Below the pieces are notes generated by a model that saw only the letters and a list, made by a program, of their open reading frames with translations, had not been told where the DNA came from and made no database searches. Shown piece after piece: positions 19,613 through 29,638 of a stretch of DNA of 64,000 bases. Position numbers and translations under genes: made by a program. The first letter of the stretch is position 1. Every line of letters begins with the position of its first letter. Origin of the DNA: Candidatus Poribacteria bacterium (lineage in GTDB: Bacteria; Poribacteria; WGA-4E; WGA-3G); assembly GCA_965242965.1 (NCBI GenBank), contig OZ251518.1, positions 3,488,001 to 3,552,000 on the forward strand, read 5' to 3'.

Positions 19613-19985
19613 ACGGTTTCCTGTTCTGGAGTTCCGTGAGTGCTTGGCGCGTTTCGGCGGCTCGCTGTTGACTGATGACGAGTTGCGCCTCCGCTTCTTG
19701 GAGGGCGGCTTCTAGTTGGAGAGCGTGTGCTGTCTCGGTTGCGATGCGCGCGTGGAGATAAGCGCGCAATGCCAAGCGATAGGCGCGCTCTGTATCCCCC
19801 GATTCCATTGCGGCTGTCGCCCCAGTCAGGAGTTCTTGCGCGGTGTGCGTCTCGGGCGCGCCGGATGCTTCCGCCGCCGCTAAAGTTACCTGTGCGTTTT
19901 CCAGTGTCTCCACGGCGAGGTGCTGCAGTTGCCCACCGCATCCAAGCAGCCCCACGAAGAGGATGATACCGATTAGCCGTTTCAT
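19611..19985 (-). CDS. Small DUF4398-like lipoprotein
   Basis: RBS AAGGAG; MKRLIGIILFVGLLGC lipobox; alanine-rich helices; typical partner upstream of OmpA-domain genes. Confidence 0.7.
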   Translation of the reverse strand: MKRLIGIILFVGLLGCGGQLQHLAVETLENAQVTLAAAEASGAPETHTAQELLTGATAAMESGDTERAYRLALRAYLHARIATETAHALQLEAALQEAEAQLVISQQRAAETRQALTELQNRKP

Positions 19986-20097
19986 AAGCCTACTCTCCTT
20001 ACACGCTATCCATGAAAAGAGAAAAAGCCCCGCCCGCGGCGAGGCTCTATCAGGGTTGTCCTTCGGGAATTCTCCCATCGGGATGGGAGCGGATTCC

Positions 20098-20364
20098 CTA
20101 ACATTCAGGACGTTCTGTATAGACACTCACCTTCCGGCGATATTTGTCTTTTCGCTCGAACGCGACGTAGCCGTTAATCTTCGAGAAGAGCGTGTAATCT
20201 CTTCCCACACCGACGTTGCTGCCGGCGTGCAGATGCGTGCCACGCTGTCGGACGAGAATGCTGCCGGCGGTGACATAGTTGCCGGCGAAGCGTTTCACAC
20301 CGAGCCGTTTGCCGATGCTATCGCGTCCGTTTCGGGTGCTTCCCCCGCCTTTCTTATGTGCCAT
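20098..20364 (-). CDS. rpmA: 50S ribosomal protein L27
   Basis: [22 protein letters not shown] signature. Confidence 0.98.
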   Translation of the reverse strand: MAHKKGGGSTRNGRDSIGKRLGVKRFAGNYVTAGSILVRQRGTHLHAGSNVGVGRDYTLFSKINGYVAFERKDKYRRKVSVYTERPEC

Positions 20365-20713
20365 GGGATTCTTCCTCCTCAGCAGAATGGTTTCCGTTTT
20401 CCGCGCCGATGGCGGTAATTTTTACGCGGGTAAACGATTGCCGATGTCCGAGTTTGCGCTTGTAGCCTTTGCGCCGTTTGGACTTGAACACAATCGTCTT
20501 TTTCGCGCGTGCCTGTTGAACTACCTCACCCGTGACGGCGGTATCCGCCAGATAAGGGGTGCCGGCTTGCAACTGGCCCTCTTGGTTAACAATGGCTAAA
20601 ACGGATGGAAACGTGACGGTGTCGCCTACGGCGGCATCCAATTTCTCAACATCAATGAGGGTGCCTACCTCGGCGCGATGTTGTTTCCCTCCGCTTGCAA
20701 ATACTGCATACAT
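20354..20713 (-). CDS. rplU: 50S ribosomal protein L21
   Basis: [31 protein letters not shown]. Confidence 0.97.
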   Translation of the reverse strand: MYAVFASGGKQHRAEVGTLIDVEKLDAAVGDTVTFPSVLAIVNQEGQLQAGTPYLADTAVTGEVVQQARAKKTIVFKSKRRKGYKRKLGHRQSFTRVKITAIGAENGNHSAEEEESHGT

Positions 20714-20732
20714 TTTTGACTATAACTCCTTT

Positions 20733-20971
20733 TTTCGTCCTGGCGCAAAGCGTTCGATTAGGTGGTTGGTGCATGAACAGCTCTCTGCGTAGACCCGCAT
20801 GCGCCGTTGTTGCATGCTATAGTTCTGGTGCTAATTTTTGTTATCAAGATTAGCATCGAAAACCGAGTCATTGACAACGTCAAACGGCTGGCAGCGAGTG
20901 CCAGACCTTGACGGCTTACGTAGAACGATGTTCATGCATTCACCACTCAAATCGAACGCCTTGCGAACAAC
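20733..20971. mobile_element. Family-G element between rng and rplU
   Basis: Inverted ends GTCCTGGCGCAAAGCGTTCG / CGAACGCCTTGCGAACAAC; homologous to 13757-14000. Confidence 0.75.
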
Positions 20972-20972
20972 A

Positions 20973-22574
20973 TTATTCCAAAAACACCTCTTCGCCGTTC
21001 CCTGCAAAGATGCGGTAATCTTCGAGGTGCAAGTTGATGTCGGGTTCAAGGACGAGGTTCAACTTCAGCGAACGCTTCAAATCGCGCAATTTATCCGACA
21101 TTGCCGACTTCAGGTGCGAGACGACATCGTCATTGGCGATAACGCGCAATTCGGGCTTCTGTGTTTGCCGATGCGCCGCTTTTATTGCCCGGAACAACTG
21201 AATGCCGACGGTTTCAATGGAGAGCACGGTGCCGTGTCCATCGCAATAAGGGCACGGCTCCATCAGGAGCGTAGAGAGACTGGGCCGCGTGCGCTGCCGC
21301 GTCATCTCCACGAGCCCCAAATCCGAGAAGTGGAGGATGTTGGTGCGCGCCCGGTCCTTCCGCAACGCGTCTTGCAACATTTTGAAGACACGCTTCCGGT
21401 GAGAAGCCTCTTCCATATCAATGAAATCGACGACGATGATGCCGCCCAAATCGCGCAGCTGCAGTTGCCGCACGACTTCCTCGACTGCCTCCATGTTGGC
21501 ACTCAGAATCGTGTTATCCGGGTCGGATTTTCCAACGAACCTGCCGGTGTTGACATCAATGGATACCATCGCCTCGGTCTGCTGGATAATAATGTGTCCG
21601 CCACACTTGAGCCAGATTTTCTCGCTGAGTGCATTCCTGAGTTCACGCTCCACGCCGAATGCGTTAAACAGCGCGGTCTTCTCTTGGTAGAGGGTTACCC
21701 GCTTCTGCAAATCGGGCATCACGGATGAGACGTAATCCATCGTTTCTTGATACCCGGCTTTTGAGTCAATGAGAAGCTGCTTGACATCTTTCGTGAACAT
21801 GTCGCGGACGATACGGTTCGTAAACCCGAGGTCTTTGCTCACGAGGCTGGGTGCGGATTTCCGATTTGCGCGCGCCAGCGTCTGCTTCCATTGGTTAATC
21901 AGGTATCGGATTTCGGCGGCGAACTCGGCTTCGTTGAGTCCTTCGGCGGCGGTGCGGATGATAAACCCGCCTTCCACGTCTGCCTTGACTGTCTGCGCCA
22001 TGTTTCGGAGTCTATCGCGTTCACTCGCGGATTCGATGCGGCGTGACACGCCGATATTAGAAGAATTCGGCATGTAGACGACGTAACGTCCGGGCAGCGT
22101 GATGTTGCTGGTGACGCGTGCCCCCTTGTTTCCCATGGGCTCCTTGCCGACTTGGACGAGGATTTCCTGCTTTTTTGAGATGAGGTCGCTTATCAAAAAA
22201 GGGAATCCCCGTCCGCCGCGCGATGCCTTGGGCCGCTTCGCTTTCAAATCCAAAACAGTATTCTTGGCCGACTTGCCGTTCCGGTTGCCATTGCCGTTGC
22301 CGTTCCGGTTGCCGTTACCGTTACCGTTCAAGGTTACGTCCACGCTTTCATACTTCAAATCGGAGATATGAAGGAAGGCGTGCCGGTCCAAGCCGATGTC
22401 GACAAAAGCGACTTGCATCCCCGGTAAGACGTTCGCGACGCGTCCCTTGTAGAGATTTCCCAGCGTCTGGGTATCGGCTTTCCGTTCGATGTAAATTTCG
22501 TTCAACACGCCGTGTTCAAGAACGGCACAGCGTGTTTCGTACTCGTCATCAGAAATAAGTATCTCCTTTTCCAT
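20973..22574 (-). CDS. rng: Rne/Rng family ribonuclease (RNase G-sized)
   Basis: GNLYKGRVANVLPGMQVAFVDIG (S1), IDVNTG, LRDLGGIIVVDFIDM, GLVEMTRQR, CPYCDG. Confidence 0.93.
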   Translation of the reverse strand: MEKEILISDDEYETRCAVLEHGVLNEIYIERKADTQTLGNLYKGRVANVLPGMQVAFVDIGLDRHAFLHISDLKYESVDVTLNGNGNGNRNGNGNGNRNGKSAKNTVLDLKAKRPKASRGGRGFPFLISDLISKKQEILVQVGKEPMGNKGARVTSNITLPGRYVVYMPNSSNIGVSRRIESASERDRLRNMAQTVKADVEGGFIIRTAAEGLNEAEFAAEIRYLINQWKQTLARANRKSAPSLVSKDLGFTNRIVRDMFTKDVKQLLIDSKAGYQETMDYVSSVMPDLQKRVTLYQEKTALFNAFGVERELRNALSEKIWLKCGGHIIIQQTEAMVSIDVNTGRFVGKSDPDNTILSANMEAVEEVVRQLQLRDLGGIIVVDFIDMEEASHRKRVFKMLQDALRKDRARTNILHFSDLGLVEMTRQRTRPSLSTLLMEPCPYCDGHGTVLSIETVGIQLFRAIKAAHRQTQKPELRVIANDDVVSHLKSAMSDKLRDLKRSLKLNLVLEPDINLHLEDYRIFAGNGEEVFLE

Positions 22575-22599
22575 TTATGACTTGTTAGAAAAACTTTTT

Positions 22600-22797
22600 T
22601 GTTGTTCGCGAGGCGTTCGATTAGGGTTTCCGTGCATGAACGTTTCTCTGCGTAACTCCGCAACGGCTGGCACGTGTGCCAGACCTTGCATCATTGTTGC
22701 ATGCTTAGTTCTTGTGCTAATTCTTGTTGTCAGGATTAGCATCGAAAACGTAGGTAGCGTGTTTACGCGGCGCGACGATTGAACGCCTCGCGAACAA
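22600..22797. mobile_element. Family-G element upstream of rng
   Basis: TGTTCGCGAGGCGTTC ... GAACGCCTCGCGAACA inverted ends. Confidence 0.75.
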
Positions 22798-23033
22798 TGC
22801 CAAGTCTGTTTGCCGTTCGGCAGCGAGTGCCGAACCTTTGCGGGTTTTTCTAACTCTCCTTTCTTTGCGTTTTGACGGATTCCTCCGTCAATCTAGGGAG
22901 ACATGCTCTAGTGCCTTGGCGGCTAGAAGATGCTCCGGCTCGTCGGAGGGTTCTGCGGCGTTCTTTCGTAGGGGGTAACCTCCGCTTTGGGGCCCGTCCC
23001 CACTCGTTTTGTTTCTACGCGTGCCCGTTTAGC

Positions 23034-24641
23034 TTAACGGGGTGTCAGCGTGACAACGGGGGTTATCAATTCGCCCATGGAAATGCCGCCGTGTTGGAAT
23101 CCTCCTTGGAACTGCCGTTTATACTTGTAAAAATCGTTAGGGTAGACGAAATAGTAGTCGTCTTTGGCGAAAATATAGTTCTTACTCGCCGTTTCTGCTG
23201 GTAGCCGGTAGACTTGCGGGTTTCGGAGATGCACGGCGTGGTTCGCGTCACATCCGAGGTTGGAACCGATTTTAAACCGGAGACTCGTCGTCGTCTCACG
23301 GTTGCCAAGGGCGCGGGTGGCTCGGTTACAAAAGACGGAACCGTGGTCGCTTGTTAAAACGACGGTGGCATCTTGCGCCGCAACGATGCGCAAAATATCA
23401 AAAAGCACGGAATGCTCAAACCAGGAACGCGTCACATCGCGGAAGGCGGCTTCATCCGGTGCAAGCTGCTGTAGGACATCCGACTGTGAGCGTTGGTGTG
23501 TCAAGATATCAACGAAGTTAACGACGAGGGCAGAGAGGCTGACGCGCGCGGCAGCGGCGACACGCTTTTTGTATGCCTGTCCGCCTCGGACATCGAAAAT
23601 TTTGAAGTATTGAAGTGCCGGCTTCAACTTGATACCCCGGCTTTTCACGTGTGCATCGAGCAGTTCGCGTTCATAGCGGTTCATACTGGTGCTCCCCTCG
23701 GCGTTTTCCTGCCAGTATTGTGGGTAGCGCGATGCCAATTCTTCGGGATATAACCCGCTAAAGAGCGCGTTTCGTGAATAGACTGTGGCACTCGGTAAAA
23801 TCGAGAAACTATAGTGTCTGTCGATTGAAAAATACGGGTACACCTGCGATTCGATGGCCATCCAGTGGTCTAACCGAAACGAGTCGACGACGATAAAATA
23901 TACCGATTTTCCGGCGCGCAGCAACGGGATGACGTGTTCATCTAACACGTTGACGGACAGCGGCGGTGCGTCCGAACTTCCTGCCACCCATTCCGGGTAG
24001 CGTGCTTCCACAAAATCGGAGAACTCCGTGTTGCACTCTTTCTTTTGTGCGAGATGCGTTTCCTCTAAGCCGCCTTCTGTCAGCCGGTCGGAGACAAGTT
24101 CCCATTCCGAGAGTTTGACATAGATGTCCACCCAGTCTTGCCAGTTGGGGTTTGACTCCTTGAGGACGCGGATGGCATTAAAATCTGCCGTGTAGCGGCC
24201 CGGGATGCTATCGTCAATAATCTGCTGCTGTTCAAGCACCCGTTTCAGGGTTGTCGCGATTTGGGCAACCCCGATAGGTTTGACGAGGAAATCGGTTACC
24301 TGTTTTCCCAGGGCGTTATTCACGAATGTGTCATCACTAGATTGCGTTACGAAAATCACCGGCACCTGTGGATGAATGGCGCGGAGCCCCTCCAACGTCT
24401 GGATACCGTCCTTGCCGGGCATCACCTGGTCAAGGAGGATAGCACTATACTGCGTGTCACCGCGCTTCAGGAGCGCGATGCCGTCTTCGCCGTTTGTGGC
24501 AGGCGTTACGGCGTATCCCCGCTCTTCTAAAAAGAGGATGTGCGGCCGCAGTGCTTCTATCTCGTCATCTATCCATAGGATGTGGTGTGATTTTTTAGTA
24601 TTTCGCAATGCGTTTGATAAAGTAGATTCGTGCAATGACAT
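23034..24641 (-). CDS. PorX-like response regulator (REC domain plus PglZ/alkaline-phosphatase-like domain)
   Basis: ILWIDDEI, LLDQVMPG, FLVKPI receiver motifs; VVDSFRLDHW, SILPSATVYSRNALFSG, TSDHG, QHGGIS PglZ motifs. Start uncertain. Confidence 0.88.
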   Translation of the reverse strand: MSLHESTLSNALRNTKKSHHILWIDDEIEALRPHILFLEERGYAVTPATNGEDGIALLKRGDTQYSAILLDQVMPGKDGIQTLEGLRAIHPQVPVIFVTQSSDDTFVNNALGKQVTDFLVKPIGVAQIATTLKRVLEQQQIIDDSIPGRYTADFNAIRVLKESNPNWQDWVDIYVKLSEWELVSDRLTEGGLEETHLAQKKECNTEFSDFVEARYPEWVAGSSDAPPLSVNVLDEHVIPLLRAGKSVYFIVVDSFRLDHWMAIESQVYPYFSIDRHYSFSILPSATVYSRNALFSGLYPEELASRYPQYWQENAEGSTSMNRYERELLDAHVKSRGIKLKPALQYFKIFDVRGGQAYKKRVAAAARVSLSALVVNFVDILTHQRSQSDVLQQLAPDEAAFRDVTRSWFEHSVLFDILRIVAAQDATVVLTSDHGSVFCNRATRALGNRETTTSLRFKIGSNLGCDANHAVHLRNPQVYRLPAETASKNYIFAKDDYYFVYPNDFYKYKRQFQGGFQHGGISMGELITPVVTLTPR

Positions 24642-24708
24642 TTCTCTGCGTAACCCGACATTGACAATGTCAATAACGTCAATGCCGACGTTCTTGGATA
24701 ACAGGTGG

Positions 24709-26277
24709 CTATAGAAGCCGTTCTGGACTCCCTTTTGAGCCGGGCGCGGCCGGCAGGCGGATTTCAAACGTTGTCCCCGCCGGACTCGTTTCAAGGAGGC
24801 GAATGCTTCCTTGATGGTATTCATGAATGATGCGCCGTACGACTGTCAAGCCGAGTCCCCATCCGTGCGCTTTCGTGCTCATCCCCGGTTCAAAAACCTT
24901 TCGCTGGTTCTGGCGCGGGATGCCTCTGCCGTTATCGGTGTATCGGACGACAACTGCTGCGCGCCGTTTATCGTAGTGATGCTGCATCTCAATGCGCCCG
25001 GCCGGTTTATCCATTGCATCTAACGAGTTGCGGATGAGATTCTCGAACACCCACTGCAACAGATGCACGTTGGCGAAAATCGCCGGCGTTTCACCCGGTA
25101 ACACGTGAATTTCAACGCGATGCTGCCCGACGTGCGGGAGCCGCTTCTCAAAATATGCAAGCACTTCGGCGAACACTTCTTCTAGTTGCACCGCGGTTCG
25201 TGGCGGTTGTGTGCCAATCATTCCGAAGCGTGCAGTAGTCTTCTGCAATCGCTCCAGATCGCCCTGCATCGTTGTGGCGAGTTCTGCGAGTGCCGCGTCG
25301 TTCGTTTCTCGGCTGCGTTCCTGTAGCAATTCCGCCCATGCTAACAGCGAGGAGACCGGGGTGCCGAGTTGATGTGCTGTCTCTTTCGCCAGGCCGCCCC
25401 AGACAGCGGCGTATTCATAAGACTTTATCCGCCGGTAGATAAGAAAACAGACGATGCCAAACACCGGGAGCACAATGCCTAACACGATAGGCAGCGTCCA
25501 TTTCAACGCGTAATACGGTTTCGTCTCATAATAGAGGAGGCCTTGATACTGCGTTGGCGTTGTCTGTAGCACAGCGGACGCGGGTGCATTTTGGATGAAA
25601 AGTTCGGCGCGCCGCCGCTCCTCCGGCGTAGCCGTCTCAGCCGTGATGACATCACCCCATATCTGCCATTTCTGCGGGGCGCGCGTCGTATCTGTCAGCA
25701 CAAATGGCAATTGCGCCACCGCGCTCGGCGAGACATCACCGTAGTAGATGTAACCGTAAACCGTCCTATTTTCCAAAAAGTGCGGTATTTTACGCGGCGG
25801 ATGCTTTCGCTTCATCCGTGCCAACGTGGCAGCAAGCAGAGCCTGTTCCTTCTCTGTTAACGAAACCCCTTCTGTCAAGTTGACCTTCGTGTCAAATTCA
25901 GGGTTAACGCCTCGTGCAATCAGCGGTTTTCCGTCGGCATCCATGATAATGAATGAAAACGGCTTCGATCTGTCTTCGGCGAGTGATTCCTCCCGAAGAA
26001 TCTCAATCAGTTGTTTCTGTAGCGTCCTATCTTCGACGCTCGGCAACAGTGCGGCGAGATTCGCGAAAATGTCCACCTGTTTGTCAATATCGGCATCTAA
26101 TTGCGAGATTTGCCGCGTATAATACGCGAACGCGAAAATCAGCGTGCCTAATCCGACGACGAAGTAGAGGAGCATTAACCGCCCGGTCGGATAGTTTTTG
26201 TTGTTCGCAACCTGTTGCGCGCTTTTGCGAAGCAACGCACGCAGTTTGTCTAGGCGTAACCTTTTTGGTGCAATCAT
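24709..26277 (-). CDS. Membrane sensor histidine kinase
   Basis: Two TM segments; H-box AKETAHQLGTPVSSL; N-box ENLIRNSLDAM; DNGRGI; GWGLGL. Confidence 0.92.
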   Translation of the reverse strand: MIAPKRLRLDKLRALLRKSAQQVANNKNYPTGRLMLLYFVVGLGTLIFAFAYYTRQISQLDADIDKQVDIFANLAALLPSVEDRTLQKQLIEILREESLAEDRSKPFSFIIMDADGKPLIARGVNPEFDTKVNLTEGVSLTEKEQALLAATLARMKRKHPPRKIPHFLENRTVYGYIYYGDVSPSAVAQLPFVLTDTTRAPQKWQIWGDVITAETATPEERRRAELFIQNAPASAVLQTTPTQYQGLLYYETKPYYALKWTLPIVLGIVLPVFGIVCFLIYRRIKSYEYAAVWGGLAKETAHQLGTPVSSLLAWAELLQERSRETNDAALAELATTMQGDLERLQKTTARFGMIGTQPPRTAVQLEEVFAEVLAYFEKRLPHVGQHRVEIHVLPGETPAIFANVHLLQWVFENLIRNSLDAMDKPAGRIEMQHHYDKRRAAVVVRYTDNGRGIPRQNQRKVFEPGMSTKAHGWGLGLTVVRRIIHEYHQGSIRLLETSPAGTTFEIRLPAAPGSKGSPERLL

Positions 26278-26520
26278 GTCTGTCTGCGTAACCTGTCAAG
26301 CGTTGTTCATTCAACGTTGTCGATGACTAGGTTTTTGGGCTTAATAGACATTTTAGACAAATTTTTTGATACATTAATATTATACCCTATTTTAAACAAT
26401 TTTTCAAGTTTATTTTGCAAATTTCACAAAATGGGGTATTATTTCTTGATTTTCTGGCGGCGGCGTGGTAAACTAAATGCAAGGTAACCTTGTTTCTGGG
26501 AGAGAAATAGGAAAAATTCA

Positions 26521-27276
26521 ATGCTCAAAGCAATTACGTTTGACTTTTGGCAGACACTTTATGCGGATTCGCATGAAAATTGGATGAGACGGCAGGCGGT
26601 GCGCGTAGACAAATGCCACGATTACCTGCGCGGCCGCGGGTATGCGTGTGACGTGCCAGGCGTTCAGTCTGCCTTGTCCGCCGCTTACGAGTTGACGCAC
26701 GTTCGGTGGCATCGGCATGTAGGTGTGCCTGTGGCAGTGGGGATGCAGGAATTAGCATCGGCACTTGATTTCACGCTGGATGCCGAGGAAATTGCGGCAC
26801 TCGTTTCGGTGATGGGCGCGTCCTTTTTAGCGTCACCGCCGCGTCTGATACCGCATGTTAAGCCGGTGCTGGAACGGCTCAGCGCGAAGTATCCGCTGGG
26901 GATTGTCTCCGATTCCGCGTTGACACCGGGCATGTTCGTCCGCAAGCTCATGGAACGCGATGGGCTTTTGCACTGCTTTCAAGCGTTCACGTTTTCCGAT
27001 GAGACAGCGCACACCAAACCCGAAGTCGCGCAATTCCATGCCACTTTAGCGCATCTCGGGGTGGAGCCAGCGGAAGCCGTGCATATCGGCGACATTTTCC
27101 GCACGGATATCGTCGGCGCGAAGAATGCCGGTATGAAGGCGATTCGTTTCTGTGGCTTCAACCGCAGTGAACGAAACGACACACTCAGCGATGCTGTCGT
27201 TGACGATTATCGCGAATTGGAAGAGGCTATTTTTTCGTTGTTCGCAATGCGTTTGGATAGTGCTCTGGCGCAATGA
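26521..27276 (+). CDS. HAD-superfamily hydrolase
   Basis: AITFDFWQTL, KP...F, HIGDIFRTDIVGAKNAGM. Confidence 0.9.
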   Translation: MLKAITFDFWQTLYADSHENWMRRQAVRVDKCHDYLRGRGYACDVPGVQSALSAAYELTHVRWHRHVGVPVAVGMQELASALDFTLDAEEIAALVSVMGASFLASPPRLIPHVKPVLERLSAKYPLGIVSDSALTPGMFVRKLMERDGLLHCFQAFTFSDETAHTKPEVAQFHATLAHLGVEPAEAVHIGDIFRTDIVGAKNAGMKAIRFCGFNRSERNDTLSDAVVDDYRELEEAIFSLFAMRLDSALAQ

Positions 27277-27368
27277 CGTAAGTTTGCATAGCTTGTCAAG
27301 GACTGGCACACGTGCTAGCCGTTTGACGTTGTTGATGACTACGTTTTTTTAGAGAGGAGGCGAGTCCT

Positions 27369-28268
27369 ATGGGAACCACCGTATTGATTACTGGCGCGAC
27401 CGGCTTTATCGGCAGTCGCGTCTGTGACGCGCTCGTCGAGAGAGGCGATGCATTTGGAGTCCTCTCTCGAAATCCGGCACGCGCGCGTGAGAAGTTCAGC
27501 GCGGCGAAAGTTGTCCACGGCTGGGATACCGAGGCGGAGTCCGTCTCAGGCGTAGAGGCAGTGATGCATCTCGCGGGTGAGACTATCGCGGGCCGGTGGA
27601 ATGCCGAGAAAAAACGGCGGATTCGAGAGAGCCGCATCACCTCCACACAGCAGCTTGTCGGTTTGCTCGCCGCTGCTGAAAAGAAGCCTTCCGTGCTGGT
27701 TTGCGCCTCGGCAATCGGTTACTACGGCGATAGCGGCGATGCAGATTTCACAGAAACTTCCGCTGCCGGTACCGACTTCCTCGCCGAAGTCTGCCAGGAG
27801 TGGGAGGCGGAGGCACTCAAAGCGACAGAACTCGGCATCCGTGTCGTCACGGTGCGCATTGGCCTGGTGCTTGGTAACGGCGGTGGATTGTTGGCGCAGG
27901 TGCTTCCGCCGTTTAAAATGGGTGTGGGCGGCAAACTCGGCAGTGGTAATCAGTGGATGTCGTGGATTCACGTTGACGATGTCGTCGGTATCTTGCTGCA
28001 TGCGATGGACAACGCCTCGGTAAGCGGTGCGCTCAACGCGACGGCACCCGCACCGGTGAGAAACATAGAATTTACGAAGACACTCGGTGCAGTGTTAGGG
28101 CGGCCGACGTTGTTCCCCGTACCGAAGTTCGGTTTGAAGTTAATGATGGGCGAATTCGCGGATTTTGTCGTGCTGAGCCAAAAAATTCTGCCGGAGAAAA
28201 CAGAAGCGAGCGGCTATGCATTTCAGCATCGGACGCTGGAATCGGCACTGAGGGCATGTCTGGCATGA
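27369..28268 (+). CDS. TIGR01777 family NAD-dependent epimerase/oxidoreductase (YfcH-like)
   Basis: ITGATGFIG, HLAGETI, SAIGYYG, GSGNQWMSWIH. Confidence 0.92.
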   Translation: MGTTVLITGATGFIGSRVCDALVERGDAFGVLSRNPARAREKFSAAKVVHGWDTEAESVSGVEAVMHLAGETIAGRWNAEKKRRIRESRITSTQQLVGLLAAAEKKPSVLVCASAIGYYGDSGDADFTETSAAGTDFLAEVCQEWEAEALKATELGIRVVTVRIGLVLGNGGGLLAQVLPPFKMGVGGKLGSGNQWMSWIHVDDVVGILLHAMDNASVSGALNATAPAPVRNIEFTKTLGAVLGRPTLFPVPKFGLKLMMGEFADFVVLSQKILPEKTEASGYAFQHRTLESALRACLA

Positions 28269-29599
28269 ACGTCCTTCGCGAGATTTCACTTTCTGAATAC
28301 GGAAAAGCGTCAAGCACGCCTTCCCCGATAAATCGGTTGATGACAGATTTCGCTGTTGATTTTCGGGATGGATGGGACATCAACCTCGGCGCGGGCTATG
28401 TCAACGAAAACACTATTCCGCGCGAACAGATTCTGCATGCGTGTGGAGAAGTGCTCGCGCGTCCCGAAAAGTATCGCGCCGCGCTCAATTACGGCGGCGC
28501 GCAAGGTTCGCCGAACCTGATTGCGTCCCTCCGCCGGTTTTACGTTGAGAACCGCATCGGCGGCATGACAGAACAAACCTTCCGCACGCGAGATATTCTC
28601 ATCGGCGCGAACGGCGCGACGAGTCTGTTGGAAGGCATCACGCAACTGCTACCGGCAGGTATCGTTCTCACTGCCGAACCGATGTATTATATTTACTGCA
28701 ATGACTTGGGTAGAAAGGGCTTCCGCGTTATCGCCATCCCTGAAGATGACGAAGGACTTCAGACAGAACTACTGAAGGCGAAGTTAAAGCGGTTGGGACG
28801 CGAGAAGGATGCGATTCGCTTTGTCTATGTCGTAACGGTGAACAACCCGACGAGCACCATCATGTCCAATCGCCGCATGCGGGAATTGGTGGAGATTGTT
28901 ACGCGGTTGTCTCACGAAATCGGCAGGAAAATCCCGCTCTTTTTTGATAATGCGTATCGCGATTTAGTGCATGATTCGTCTGTGGAGCCGATAGTTTCTC
29001 CGATGCTTGATGATACCCTCGGCATCGTCTATGAAATCGGCACGTTGTCCAAGATTCTCGCGCCGGGGATGCGTATCGGCTATCTTATCGGGCCGAAAGG
29101 TGATTTTTTCAACGGCATGGTGCAGCGGACTACAGATATTGGGTTTAGCGCGCCGTTAATCAACCAAGAAATCGCCAGTTACTTGCTTGACAACGGCATT
29201 GAAATGCAAATAACGAAGGTGAATGGCGCGTACCGACAGAAGGCGACACAGGTGAAAGCGTGGATAGCAGCACTGCTCGGCGATGAGATTGCGGCGTGCA
29301 GCGGCGGGAGCGCGGGGTTCTATTTCTATCTGACACTTTCACGTGTTGAGACAGGCGCGGGGAGTGACTGTTTCAAGTTTTTGACGCGGACTACCGGGGA
29401 TGCCGAGATAGATGGCACGGTAAGTGCCCCGCAGCCAAAGGTGATTTACATTCCGGGTGAGCACTGCGTCCATCCTGAAGGCGATATGGTTGAGGTTGGC
29501 AAGCGGCAGTTGCGTATCTCTTACGGGTTTGAGGAGCTCCCGCAGCTTCACACGGCGTTGAAGCTGATGAAAGCTGCGATAGATTTTAGTTCCCGGTAG
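28265..29599 (+). CDS. PLP-dependent aminotransferase class I/II
   Basis: NNPT, DNAY, GTLSKILAPGMRIGY, LRISYG; ATGA overlap with the upstream gene. Confidence 0.88.
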   Translation: MNVLREISLSEYGKASSTPSPINRLMTDFAVDFRDGWDINLGAGYVNENTIPREQILHACGEVLARPEKYRAALNYGGAQGSPNLIASLRRFYVENRIGGMTEQTFRTRDILIGANGATSLLEGITQLLPAGIVLTAEPMYYIYCNDLGRKGFRVIAIPEDDEGLQTELLKAKLKRLGREKDAIRFVYVVTVNNPTSTIMSNRRMRELVEIVTRLSHEIGRKIPLFFDNAYRDLVHDSSVEPIVSPMLDDTLGIVYEIGTLSKILAPGMRIGYLIGPKGDFFNGMVQRTTDIGFSAPLINQEIASYLLDNGIEMQITKVNGAYRQKATQVKAWIAALLGDEIAACSGGSAGFYFYLTLSRVETGAGSDCFKFLTRTTGDAEIDGTVSAPQPKVIYIPGEHCVHPEGDMVEVGKRQLRISYGFEELPQLHTALKLMKAAIDFSSR

Positions 29600-29638
29600 G
29601 CGCGCTTTGCAAGCGCGCCTATTGATGCTTTGGGGAAC

